In this document: positions 37,964-47,668 of the stretch, piece by piece
How positions within the stretch are numbered: position 1 is the first letter of the stretch
Layout: each line of letters opens with the position of its first letter
Source: Bacteriovoracaceae bacterium
Lineage (GTDB): Bacteria; Bdellovibrionota; Bacteriovoracia; Bacteriovoracales; Bacteriovoracaceae
Length of the DNA: 64,000 nucleotides
Assembly (NCBI GenBank): GCA_047634375.1
Contig: JBLIAG010000003.1
Location: forward strand, 10,262 to 74,261
Reading direction: 5' to 3'
Notes under the pieces: generated by a model
Told to the model about the DNA's origin: nothing
The model's database searches: none
What the model saw: only the letters and a program-made list of their open reading frames with translations
Program-made: the position numbers and the translations under genes

Positions 37964-39006
37964 ACCCTTGGATTCTAAGCCAAAGATTTGATTTAAGTTT
38001 TTTATTACTTCCAGGATTTCTATCTGTTGTAATTGTGATTTTTGGGAATGAGTTTGGGGTAAGTCCAAGTCATGTATCCCCCGTTATGTGGTTATTATTA
38101 GTCGTTCTCATTGATGTTTGCCATGTCTGGTCTACTTTATTTAGAACATACTTAAATAAATACTCAAATGAAGAATTTGAGAAAGAATTATTTCTAATTC
38201 CCTTTGCTGTATGGGTGAGTGGAACTATTATTTGTTCAATCAGTAGTACAGCATTCTGGACTTTACTGGCGTATACAGCGGTATTTCATTTCTTAAAACA
38301 ACAGGTTGGTATACTCAAAATATATTGTCAGAAATCTAAACAATTAGCTAGATCATATACCTGGGATATCTTTTTTACCTATTCATTAATGCTCATTCCG
38401 ATTGTTTATTGGCACCTTACACCAAGGGAGTTTCATTGGTTTACACCCACGGATTTTTTTAAATTTAATACTCAAAATATAGATTTTCTTATTCCTCCAG
38501 TTTATTTAACTCTAATCTTAATACATCTAATTAAAGAATATAATTTTCGGAGTGATTTTAATCTTCCAAAGAATATTCATATTCTTTCCACTGGCCTAGT
38601 ATGGTTTTTTGGAATTATTTATTATAATAATGATTGGACGTTCACATTAACGAATGTTGTTCATCACGGGATTCCTTATTTCGCTCTTGTCTGGGCGAGT
38701 TGTTTGAGAGGTGATTACACGACAAGTCCCAGGTTTTTTCAGGTAATTTTTAAGAAAAAAATAGTTATTAGAACAATGTTTTTTTTAGGCTTACTTTTTT
38801 GCCTAGGATATGGGGAAGAACTTCTTTGGGACATTTTTGTGTGGCATGATAACGATTCCATTTTCCCTAAATCTTTTTATGTCGAACTAAGTGACATAAC
38901 TTTGGTTTGGTTAGTTCCACTTTTAACTCTACCTCAGGCAACTCACTATATTCTTGATGGGGTTATTTGGAAAAGAAATCGAAAAACAAAAGAGTTCGCT
39001 TTTTAA
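37960..39006 (+). CDS. hypothetical polytopic membrane protein, Trp/His-rich (TTG start overlapping upstream stop; alternative Met further in)
   Basis: 348 aa; ~8 hydrophobic segments; many conserved-looking W/H/Y (HVW, WHLTPREFHW, VVHHGIPYF). Confidence 0.4.
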   Translation: MNPWILSQRFDLSFLLLPGFLSVVIVIFGNEFGVSPSHVSPVMWLLLVVLIDVCHVWSTLFRTYLNKYSNEEFEKELFLIPFAVWVSGTIICSISSTAFWTLLAYTAVFHFLKQQVGILKIYCQKSKQLARSYTWDIFFTYSLMLIPIVYWHLTPREFHWFTPTDFFKFNTQNIDFLIPPVYLTLILIHLIKEYNFRSDFNLPKNIHILSTGLVWFFGIIYYNNDWTFTLTNVVHHGIPYFALVWASCLRGDYTTSPRFFQVIFKKKIVIRTMFFLGLLFCLGYGEELLWDIFVWHDNDSIFPKSFYVELSDITLVWLVPLLTLPQATHYILDGVIWKRNRKTKEFAF

Positions 39007-39974
39007 TAAGTAGACTTTACGAGCTTAAGTGTTTCATCCATTTTAAAACGATAGAATTCATCGCCTAAGTGCTTTGTCAGGTTAGAGCTATCTAAAAGGC
39101 AAGAGTATTTTAAATAGTCTATCAGGTATTCTGGAACATCAAGGTTGGTCACTTTTAGTACTTTATTAAGTGCGCTCGCCATTGAAATAGGGAACGGAAT
39201 GCCCTTAGATCCTATTATGTCGAGTGCCTTTCTTAGACTTACAAATTCATTGGTAGCTACGTTGTAAATTCCTGTAGGGAGTTTTCCAATTGAATGGTAT
39301 AGAACCTGTGCCATGTCAAATTCATGAATAAATTGAAAGACAGGATTATAATCAATTGGTCTTAAGGCAAGGCTACTCGTTAGGTATTTACTCATACTGT
39401 TTGAAATTTGGTTTCCAATTATATTACAAGGTCTCAAAATGACAGAGCTTACTTGATTTTGATACTTCCACATCCAGGTTGAGCAAATTTGATCCATTTC
39501 TACGACATCTCTTAGTTCCGGATGTTTCATTGATGCCTTAAGGGGGGAATCTTCCTTCAGAAATATACTATTATCACTAAATGCGCCATAAACGTGAAAG
39601 GTACTTAAAATAACAATCTTTTTTACATTAAATCGTAAACTTAAATCTAAGATTCTATTCGTTCCCATTACACTAAGTTCTAGTCTTTCTGTAAGACCGG
39701 CATGGATATTTGAGCTATGAGAAATTCTCGCAAGATGGTAAACATAGTCAAAATTATGATCTCTAAATAAATTCTCAAAATTACCTCTTGAAAACCTTAA
39801 CTTTTCTGCTTTAAGCCCTTTGAGCTTTGAAACTTTATGTACTGGCCTTGTATCGATTCCAAGTATTTCCCAATCAGGGTGATGCTGAAGGATTAGTTTA
39901 CTCAAAATTTGGGCAAGGCCTCCAGCTATTCCAATTATTAGTACTTTCTTTTTTGTTTCTTCCATTTTATCCAT
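39003..39974 (-). CDS. NAD-dependent epimerase/dehydratase family protein (extended SDR)
   Basis: 323 aa; N-terminal Rossmann KKVLIIGIAGGLAQ; length and pattern typical of sugar-nucleotide epimerase/dehydratases. Confidence 0.65.
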   Translation of the reverse strand: MDKMEETKKKVLIIGIAGGLAQILSKLILQHHPDWEILGIDTRPVHKVSKLKGLKAEKLRFSRGNFENLFRDHNFDYVYHLARISHSSNIHAGLTERLELSVMGTNRILDLSLRFNVKKIVILSTFHVYGAFSDNSIFLKEDSPLKASMKHPELRDVVEMDQICSTWMWKYQNQVSSVILRPCNIIGNQISNSMSKYLTSSLALRPIDYNPVFQFIHEFDMAQVLYHSIGKLPTGIYNVATNEFVSLRKALDIIGSKGIPFPISMASALNKVLKVTNLDVPEYLIDYLKYSCLLDSSNLTKHLGDEFYRFKMDETLKLVKSTY

Positions 39975-40841
39975 TTAAAACTTCTTCATTATATCGTTGA
40001 TTGGCTTTCTAACTTTATCAAAAAATTTACGTCTATCTTGAAGGCCTCGAGTGATGTTTTCTTTGATTACTTTTTCGATTTTATGGATATGTGGTCTTAT
40101 GTCTTTCTCAGGAGCTTCAGAGGATAAATCTTTTGGAATATTTATTGGTTTACCGATGTAAATATCAATTGGAGAGGGAAGGGGAATGGCATTGAGTGGA
40201 ATCGGAAGATTTGGTAGCCCCAATTTCTTTGCTAGTTCAGCTGCCTGAAACACTATTGGGAACATTTCTTCTGCGCCCACTACTGATATTGGTAAAATTT
40301 GCGTTTTTGCTTGCAATGCAATTCTATAAAACCCACTTGAAAACTTTTGTAACCTATAAAAATTCTTTGTACTTTTATTTATACCCCGAACACCCTCAGG
40401 AAAGACTAAGATTGATTCACCCTGCTTTAGTAACCATTTACAGTTCTCCCTATCTCCCAAAATTGAACCTGTTTGAGCTGAAATATCTCCAATAAATGGC
40501 ATTCCGGCCATAAATCTTTCTATCATACTATGAAGAACTCTTGGTTGATCAAATTCGTATGCCATGGCAATTGTTATAAGCATGGCATCGATAGGTACTT
40601 GGCCAGTATGGTTAGAAACAACCATATAAGGGTTGTCCCTCACGTTTTCAATCCCAAAGACTCTAACCTTAAAATAGTTACGGTAGATAGGTAGAACGAA
40701 CTCCATCGCTGTCTTAACGGTATTTAAGTTAAACCCCCAAGGGTCTTGGTAGTCTTTGTATCTTTCTTGGAGCTTCTTAAAGACTAGGTCTTTTCTCTCT
40801 TTGTCAGATTTCGATAATTTTATATTAAATTGCTCAAGCAT
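39975..40841 (-). CDS. lysophospholipid acyltransferase (PlsC-like)
   Basis: 288 aa; acyltransferase motifs VVSNHTGQVPID (H…D) and FPEGVRG. Confidence 0.6.
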   Translation of the reverse strand: MLEQFNIKLSKSDKERKDLVFKKLQERYKDYQDPWGFNLNTVKTAMEFVLPIYRNYFKVRVFGIENVRDNPYMVVSNHTGQVPIDAMLITIAMAYEFDQPRVLHSMIERFMAGMPFIGDISAQTGSILGDRENCKWLLKQGESILVFPEGVRGINKSTKNFYRLQKFSSGFYRIALQAKTQILPISVVGAEEMFPIVFQAAELAKKLGLPNLPIPLNAIPLPSPIDIYIGKPINIPKDLSSEAPEKDIRPHIHKIEKVIKENITRGLQDRRKFFDKVRKPINDIMKKF

Positions 40842-40924
40842 ATAATTCCAATTTTATTCCTATATTCATTTATAATGTATTTAACGCTATACTTTAAGCG
40901 GGAAAATAAGGCTCAGGAGATAAA

Positions 40925-41257
40925 ATGAATACTCATGGAAAAAATGACAATAATAAACCTTCAGATGGTGATTCGAATGATTGGAAAGGCAAATTCAGTG
41001 AATTAGTAAATACCTGTCAAAGTGAACTAAAGAAAACGACAAAGATTGGGATGAAGATGATTTCTGCTTCACAGTCTAATACTCAATTACATGATACTTA
41101 TGAAACAATGGGGCGCTGGCTCTTAGAACAAGTTGATGCTGGAAAAATATCTGTTGAAGATGAAGAAATCAGATCAATGATTAGTAAAGTAAAAGAGTTA
41201 GAAGTTCAATTAAAAGACTATGAGCGAGAAGTTCAAGATATTAAAAAGGGAGAGTAG
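40925..41257 (+). CDS. hypothetical coiled-coil protein
   Basis: 110 aa, hydrophilic, C-terminal heptad-like region; RBS AGGAGATAAAATG. Confidence 0.35.
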   Translation: MNTHGKNDNNKPSDGDSNDWKGKFSELVNTCQSELKKTTKIGMKMISASQSNTQLHDTYETMGRWLLEQVDAGKISVEDEEIRSMISKVKELEVQLKDYEREVQDIKKGE

Positions 41258-41274
41258 AGTTTAAGGATGATACT

Positions 41275-41961
41275 TTATTCTTGCTCTACAGTTAAACCTT
41301 CTAATAACATTTCAGCGTCTTTTAATTTATAAAGGTAAGAAATAAGAGATTGTTCTAAGGGATCAAGTCCATCTTTTTTTTCAGCTGATACATAAAAAAT
41401 TTGCTTTACGTGTTTAAAGTCTTTGATAATCTGAGGTTTTAATTTATCTAGGACCGCTCTTTCTTTCTGTTTTTTTAGTTTATCAATTTTATTAAAAATA
41501 AGTAATATTTCTACAAGTTTAGGATTGATATAATCGTAAAACTTTTTATCCATATCTTGATTGGGGTGTCTGGCATCTTGCAAGTTAAGTAATAATGTTT
41601 TTCCATTTAATGTACTGAAAAAAGCATCCATTACAACTACCCAGTTTTTACTCATGGCTTTATTTACTGCTGCATGTCCGTAGCCAGGTAAATCGTATAA
41701 ATAGTATTTTTTGTAGGTATTATCTTTTGTGAGTTCAAAAGAGAAAATATTAATTTTTTGAGTTCGACCTGGAGTCTTTGACGTTTTAGCGGTTTTTCCA
41801 CCAAATAAACTATTAATTAATGAAGATTTACCAACATTTGATCGACCAACAAAGGCGATACCGATGGCATCAGGATTTTCATCCCACCACTTAACAATTT
41901 GTTCTGGTGTGTCATATGCTCGCAAAAATTTAGCTGAGCCTTTTTTTATTTCGATTTTCAT
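41275..41961 (-). CDS. engB: ribosome-biogenesis GTPase EngB/YihA
   Basis: 228 aa; G1 GRSNVGKSSLIN, G2/G3 context KTSKTPGRTQ, DLPGYG, NKIDKL (G4). Confidence 0.7.
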   Translation of the reverse strand: MKIEIKKGSAKFLRAYDTPEQIVKWWDENPDAIGIAFVGRSNVGKSSLINSLFGGKTAKTSKTPGRTQKINIFSFELTKDNTYKKYYLYDLPGYGHAAVNKAMSKNWVVVMDAFFSTLNGKTLLLNLQDARHPNQDMDKKFYDYINPKLVEILLIFNKIDKLKKQKERAVLDKLKPQIIKDFKHVKQIFYVSAEKKDGLDPLEQSLISYLYKLKDAEMLLEGLTVEQE

Positions 41962-42038
41962 AGGTAAGAAGATTTAACTGTTTTGGTAAAGTCCGGCAAT
42001 TCTTTTTTTCATAACTTGTGATTTATACATAGCTATTT

Positions 42039-43397
42039 ATGGCCTCAATCGTGAACAGTTCTCCCATAACTGAAGGAGAGTCCATGCAAATACTTGAACA
42101 ACCAATGATTTCAGATCATTTTGACCATCTAGGCCTTAAAGAGGGAGATTCTTTTGAAATTATACCAATTTCTGGTCGAAGGAAAACTTTTACTCTTAAT
42201 CGGACAAAAATTGATTTTATAAGTGAAAACTTAAAAGGAGTGGTGCAAAGCCAAGGATTAAAGGTTCTTGGATGTCAAAAGCATGAAAGCTTTCATGTTC
42301 AGTTGAACAGAGTGCAATGTATTGGAAGAAATCAAGGATATAAGGAAAGATTCTTGCTAAGTGTTCTTGAAGGGGGCCCGGTCCGTTTAAATGGAAATTT
42401 TATTTTTAATGGCTATATTGAAGTGAATGATCGCTTAGAGATTGGTTTTAATAAAATTTTATTCAAGCAAAGAATGGAAGCAAGCTTTGTTGATTCGCAA
42501 GAAGAGCTCATAAGTGAGAATAGTAAAATTATAAGCTCTACAATACCTATACTTATAGAAGGTGAAACAGGAGTTGGAAAAACTTCTCTCGCAAGAAAAA
42601 TCCATATGGCTTCAGGAAGGGAAGGACAGTTTGTTCATATTAATATTTCATCTTTTTCTCCCAGTTTAATTGAATCAGAAATGTTTGGACATGTGAAAGG
42701 AGCATTTACAGGAGCAATGAACGATAAGAAAGGAGCGTTTCGAGAAGCTAGTAAAGGTACACTTTTCATTGATGAAATTGATTCACTACCACTTGAAATT
42801 CAAACAAAGCTATTACTTTTTTTAGATAATTTTACGTCAAGACCAGTGGGAGGAACGATTGATCATAAAGTGGATTTAAGAATTATTTTTTCTTCAGGTT
42901 CTAAGTTAGAAAGCTTGGTGGACAAAGCCAAAATGAGAAAAGATTTTTATTTTAGAATCTCTAATGGTTATTGTTTAAAGCTAAAACCCCTTAGGGATGA
43001 TCCTAATCTTATCGTTAACTTCTGTGAGAAGTTTGCAAATGATCACTGCTTGGTCTTTTCAAAAAAAATCCTAGAGTTTTATTCATCATTACCCTGGCCT
43101 GGAAATTTTAGACAACTCAAAGGTCATCTAGAGAGAAAAATTATATTGAGTTCTAATAATAAGGTGGACTTTGACTACACTGATGAAGAGCTTATTTGCC
43201 AAACATCTGAACTTAAAAAATTAGTAAGAAGTGATGAAGGCCTTGCAACTTTAGCAGAAGTAAAAGAAAACCATGCTTTAAAAGTCTATTTGCACTGTGA
43301 TAGAAACTATACTAAAGCAGCGGCACTTTTAGGTATTTCTACAAGATCATTAAGGGGATTTATATCGAAGGAGAAAATTCCAAAACAAGCAGGCTAG
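42039..43397 (+). CDS. sigma-54-dependent transcriptional activator with FHA-like N-terminal domain and C-terminal HTH
   Basis: 452 aa; AAA+ Walker A GETGVGKT, GAFTGA signature, Walker B LFIDEID; C-terminal helix-turn-helix; N-terminal region with …VRLNGNFIFNGYIEVNDRLEIGF resembling FHA. Confidence 0.8.
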   Translation: MASIVNSSPITEGESMQILEQPMISDHFDHLGLKEGDSFEIIPISGRRKTFTLNRTKIDFISENLKGVVQSQGLKVLGCQKHESFHVQLNRVQCIGRNQGYKERFLLSVLEGGPVRLNGNFIFNGYIEVNDRLEIGFNKILFKQRMEASFVDSQEELISENSKIISSTIPILIEGETGVGKTSLARKIHMASGREGQFVHINISSFSPSLIESEMFGHVKGAFTGAMNDKKGAFREASKGTLFIDEIDSLPLEIQTKLLLFLDNFTSRPVGGTIDHKVDLRIIFSSGSKLESLVDKAKMRKDFYFRISNGYCLKLKPLRDDPNLIVNFCEKFANDHCLVFSKKILEFYSSLPWPGNFRQLKGHLERKIILSSNNKVDFDYTDEELICQTSELKKLVRSDEGLATLAEVKENHALKVYLHCDRNYTKAAALLGISTRSLRGFISKEKIPKQAG

Positions 43398-43401
43398 GTT
43401 C

Positions 43402-44295
43402 TTAAGAGCCAACCATATATAGGATATTAACTTCTTCTACTTCACCTTCGACATGGTTTTCGTAGAGGAAGTTATTTATTTCATCTCTAATCTTTTCTTT
43501 AAGAACTTCTTTTCCTTCTGTCTGCATAGGAAAGTCTGAAACAACTGGTTCTACCGTTGTGAAGAAGTAATCTTTGAGCTTATACTCATATTGAATTAGG
43601 TAGTATTTTGCAAAACGAGTACTTGTTCTTAAACTGAAGTCCACAGTAATTGAGTTGATTTTTTCAACACTTTCACTGAAAATAGGAACTTTCATATTTA
43701 GAATTTTTATAGTTTTTTGTTCATAAAGTCTATAATCAGGTTTGTAATCATACTCTTGGACACTGGCGATACTTCTCGATGGAAACTCTTTCATAAATAT
43801 TTGGTTGGCACCAAAGTACATTCCAATACCACCAGCTATAATCAATGCAAATAGTGATAAACCTACGATAGCATTTTTTTTGTTCATGGATTTTATTTTG
43901 GTAAATACATATTCAGATTTTGGTTTTAAGAAAATTTTGAAATTTTCTTTATGCTGTTTTGGTGAAGTTGTAAGAATAAAATATTTCGCAGCAGCAAGCT
44001 TTTCAATCCCTTTTTCTTTAACAGGGTAGTTTTGAATTTCATTTATTTTGGTAAAGAGTTGATCAACTTTTATTTTGAAATTCGCATAACCAGCTTTAGC
44101 GTTTTTCTTAGAGAGCTCAATTTTAGTGACCTTCCAACTTTGAAGGTTTGATTTTATGGATAAGTACTTATCAGAAATAGGCTTAGGAATAGCCTTAATT
44201 AGTAATTGAAAAATACTAGCAAAGATCTTACCTAAGAGCTTATTTAAGAATTCTTCTAATTTTGCAAACTTTTCGATCATTTCTTGATACCTCAC
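43402..44295 (-). CDS. hypothetical membrane-anchored protein
   Basis: 297 aa; single internal TM (NAIVGLSLFALIIAGGIGMYF); no motif recognised. Confidence 0.4.
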   Translation of the reverse strand: MRYQEMIEKFAKLEEFLNKLLGKIFASIFQLLIKAIPKPISDKYLSIKSNLQSWKVTKIELSKKNAKAGYANFKIKVDQLFTKINEIQNYPVKEKGIEKLAAAKYFILTTSPKQHKENFKIFLKPKSEYVFTKIKSMNKKNAIVGLSLFALIIAGGIGMYFGANQIFMKEFPSRSIASVQEYDYKPDYRLYEQKTIKILNMKVPIFSESVEKINSITVDFSLRTSTRFAKYYLIQYEYKLKDYFFTTVEPVVSDFPMQTEGKEVLKEKIRDEINNFLYENHVEGEVEEVNILYMVGS

Positions 44296-44393
44296 TAAAC
44301 TTGTCGGTTACTTGAGGGAATAGCTTTAGTAATAATCGAAAATATTGCCTCCGCCCCAATTTCTTTAAGTAAATGTTCTTAAAATGACGATCT

Positions 44394-45098
44394 ATGAATG
44401 AGGGAACCAAGGATGGAGCTTTTATGAAACCTTTTAAGTTATTGATTTTAATTAGTATTTTCTTACTGTCGGCTTGTAGCCTGCTAGATCACCGAGATTT
44501 TTCAAATGAAATGGATGAATATCGATATGCTGAACCTATGTTTAGTGCCCACCAAGATTTTATGGTTTTATCCGGAGATTCAGGTCGAGATCATAGAACA
44601 AACAGAGAGATCAAAACTAGAACACCGGCCAGTATTAATGAGAGATATGAAGATATGCACTCAAATAGCCTTAGGCGTGAACTTAAACATTACGAAGCGA
44701 GGCTAACTGAGGATGAATATTACGAATTTAGTAATATGAAAGATGAAATTGGTTCTGTTTCAGAGCAGATATATTACCTAAGATTAAATAGTAGAGAACG
44801 ACAAGAATACTTACAAATTAGAAAAATAAAAGAGAGTAGTCCTAGAAATTCAAGAGGTTATGATGGATATGGGCCTAAAAGGTTAGCATTTCACGAACTT
44901 CCAAAGAGAAACGTGCAGGATGATGTTGTGTTGGGAATGCAAATGGATGAAGTTGTTGGTAATTGGGGAACTCCAGAGAAAAGAGATATTGCAGGGGACC
45001 CTAAGTTTAAAAATGAAAGATGGGCCTTTCGTAAGAACGGTAGAATAAAGTATATATACTTTGAATCAGGTCGTGTTCAAGGTTGGAGCGAGCAATAG
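44394..45098 (+). CDS. hypothetical lipoprotein
   Basis: 234 aa; lipobox FLLSACSLL; Arg/Glu-rich. Confidence 0.45.
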   Translation: MNEGTKDGAFMKPFKLLILISIFLLSACSLLDHRDFSNEMDEYRYAEPMFSAHQDFMVLSGDSGRDHRTNREIKTRTPASINERYEDMHSNSLRRELKHYEARLTEDEYYEFSNMKDEIGSVSEQIYYLRLNSRERQEYLQIRKIKESSPRNSRGYDGYGPKRLAFHELPKRNVQDDVVLGMQMDEVVGNWGTPEKRDIAGDPKFKNERWAFRKNGRIKYIYFESGRVQGWSEQ

Positions 45099-45240
45099 TC
45101 TAAACCTCTTAATTGTGAAGTGTTGCGTCGCGACAGCTTCACTCCTTTAGCATCATAAATAAGTTATCATTTTCTTGAAAATCAGGTACATTCTTGCGTA
45201 TTATGAACATTAACCGACAATTTAACTTAATAGGTGATTT

Positions 45241-46212
45241 ATGGAATATACACTGGATTTTGAGAAACCTGTTCACGAATTAGAAAATCAAATTAAAGAG
45301 CTTAAAGAAGCTAATGAAAAATCAGAATTAGATATCACCAAAGAGATTGGTGCCCTACAAAATAAAGTAGATAGTTTACTGAAAGAGATTTATGAAAATC
45401 TTAACCCTTGGGAAAGAGTTCAACTTTCAAGACATCCAAAAAGACCCCACACACAAGACTATATTGATTTAATGATTGAAGACTTTCATGAAGTCCATGG
45501 AGATAGACGTTTTAGTGACGACCCTTCCATGATCACTGGGTTTGGTTACCTCAATGGTGAAAAGGTAGCAGTTATTGGTATTGAAAAAGGTCGAAAGACT
45601 CAAGATAAAATTAAAAGAAACTTTGGTATGGCCAGACCTGAGGGTTATAGAAAGGCGATACGAATTTTAAAAATGGCAGCGAAATTTGATATTCCTGTAA
45701 TAAGCTTTGTTGATACTCCTGGTGCATACCCAGGAATTGGTGCAGAGGAGAGGGGGCAGGCCCAAGCAATTGCGGAAAACCTTGAAGAAATGTTTGGGAT
45801 CAGTGTTCCTATCGTAGCCGTTGTTATTGGTGAAGGTGGATCTGGTGGTGCTTTAGGAATTGCTATTGCAGATAGAATTCATATGATGGAATATTCTGTT
45901 TATTCCGTAATTTCTCCAGAATCTTGTGCTTCTATTCTTTGGTCAGACCCTAAGCGTGCTGAATTTGCAGCAAACTCTTTAAAGTTAGATCCAAAAAAAG
46001 CACTAGAGTTAAAAATAATTGATTCAATTATAGTTGAACCTGTCGGTGGGGCCCATAGAGAGCCTGAGCTAGCCGCGAAAACACTTGTAGAGAAGATTTC
46101 AAAAGATATTCAAGAGCTTAAAAAGCTTTCGAAAGAAAACCTCCTAGAGGAGAGATTCCAAAAATTTAGAACTATGGGGAATCAAACAATCGAAATGGGA
46201 GAGTCAATATAA
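45241..46212 (+). CDS. accA: acetyl-CoA carboxylase carboxyltransferase subunit alpha
   Basis: 323 aa; strong family pattern (LDFEKP…, SRHPKRPHT, FVDTPGAYPGIGAEERGQ, IGEGGSGGAL). Confidence 0.9.
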   Translation: MEYTLDFEKPVHELENQIKELKEANEKSELDITKEIGALQNKVDSLLKEIYENLNPWERVQLSRHPKRPHTQDYIDLMIEDFHEVHGDRRFSDDPSMITGFGYLNGEKVAVIGIEKGRKTQDKIKRNFGMARPEGYRKAIRILKMAAKFDIPVISFVDTPGAYPGIGAEERGQAQAIAENLEEMFGISVPIVAVVIGEGGSGGALGIAIADRIHMMEYSVYSVISPESCASILWSDPKRAEFAANSLKLDPKKALELKIIDSIIVEPVGGAHREPELAAKTLVEKISKDIQELKKLSKENLLEERFQKFRTMGNQTIEMGESI

Positions 46213-47084
46213 TGTCTATTCAATCAATGACAGGCTTTGGAAAAGGAAAAATTGAAGGTGATAACTTTGATCTTTCAGTTGAGATTAAAACCGTTAATCA
46301 TCGTTTTAAAGATATGCGTTTTAAAATGGGAAGTATTTTTAATTCCCAAGAAATAATTTTAAAGAAGAAGCTCGAAAAACAATTTAGTCGAGGAAGTTTT
46401 GATGTTTTTGTAAACTACAAGAAAAATCAAAAGAAACAAGGAGAACTTGAATTAGACTTTAACAAAATTACAAAATTTGTCGAATCAATCAAGAAGATAT
46501 CTGATGCCTCTGGTGTTGAAGTCACAGTAAGCCCAACTGAATTTATGAGAAATGACTTTTATAAAGAAGACCTTGAAAAAGAAGATGAGCTTTTAACAAT
46601 GTTAGAACCTGCATTTCAAGAAGCAATTGAATCTCTTGAAATTAGTCGAAATGAAGAAGGTGGAAAATTAATTGAAAAATTAAAAGAACATCAAGCCGAA
46701 TACACTAAACATTATGAACAAATTACCGGACTTAAAGAAACATATCAAGAAAAAGTAAAAGATAAATTAAAAAAACGTTTTGAAAAAGATGGTGCTGAAT
46801 TAAATATTGATGAACCTCGGTTTTTGCAAGAGGTAATTTACTATCTCGAAAAATTAGATGTGGACGAGGAAATTAATAGGATAACTATTCATTTGGAGAA
46901 ACTAACAAATATTTTAGATTCCGAAGGTGAAGTTGGACGACAAATCGATTTTTTAATTCAAGAGCTTAACCGAGAAACAAATACAATTGGTTCAAAATCA
47001 GGTGATAGTTCTATTTCTGAAAATGTTGTACAAATGAAAGTTCAACTTGAGAAGATTAGAGAACAGGCCTTAAATTTACAATAA
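46212..47084 (+). CDS. yicC: YicC-family protein
   Basis: 290 aa; N-terminal MTGFGKG, C-terminal DFLIQELNRETNTIGSKS; ATGTAA overlap with accA. Confidence 0.8.
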   Translation: MSIQSMTGFGKGKIEGDNFDLSVEIKTVNHRFKDMRFKMGSIFNSQEIILKKKLEKQFSRGSFDVFVNYKKNQKKQGELELDFNKITKFVESIKKISDASGVEVTVSPTEFMRNDFYKEDLEKEDELLTMLEPAFQEAIESLEISRNEEGGKLIEKLKEHQAEYTKHYEQITGLKETYQEKVKDKLKKRFEKDGAELNIDEPRFLQEVIYYLEKLDVDEEINRITIHLEKLTNILDSEGEVGRQIDFLIQELNRETNTIGSKSGDSSISENVVQMKVQLEKIREQALNLQ

Positions 47085-47096
47085 TAAGGAATAAAG

Positions 47097-47666
47097 TTGA
47101 GTCGCGGAAAAATAGTAGTAATTGTTGCCCCTTCAGGCACTGGAAAATCCACATTACTTGAAAAATTAAAACAAGATTTACCCTCTTTAGAATGGTCAGT
47201 TTCGTGTACAACCAGACCTGCCCGCAAGGGAGAAGTAGATGGTGAAGATTATTTTTTCCTTCCTGAGGCTGAATTTTTAGATTTAAAAGCAAAAGACGAG
47301 TTTATTGAATGGGCAAAAGTCCACTCAAATTACTATGGAACTCGTAAGTCCTTTATTGATGAAGGTCTGGAGAGAGGGGCTCATTTACTCTTTGATTTAG
47401 ATATTCAAGGTTGTGACTCAATAAAAAAAATCTATGGTGAAGAGGCTAATGTAATTTTTATTGAGCCTCCTAGCGTTGAGGAGCTAAAAAAGCGACTTAT
47501 GGCCAGAGGGACTGAGACTAGAGAAGTTATTCAAGAACGCTTAAATAATGCAAAAAAAGAACTAACACGAAAAAATGATTTCGATTATAATGTAGTTAAC
47601 GACAATTTTGATAAGGCTTATGTGAAATTACACGAGGTTGTTTCAAAGATTCTTACCGGGAGTTAA
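47097..47666 (+). CDS. gmk: guanylate kinase
   Basis: 189 aa; P-loop APSGTGKSTL, SVSCTTRPAR(K)GE, YYGT motifs. Confidence 0.9.
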   Translation: MSRGKIVVIVAPSGTGKSTLLEKLKQDLPSLEWSVSCTTRPARKGEVDGEDYFFLPEAEFLDLKAKDEFIEWAKVHSNYYGTRKSFIDEGLERGAHLLFDLDIQGCDSIKKIYGEEANVIFIEPPSVEELKKRLMARGTETREVIQERLNNAKKELTRKNDFDYNVVNDNFDKAYVKLHEVVSKILTGS

Positions 47667-47668
47667 TT

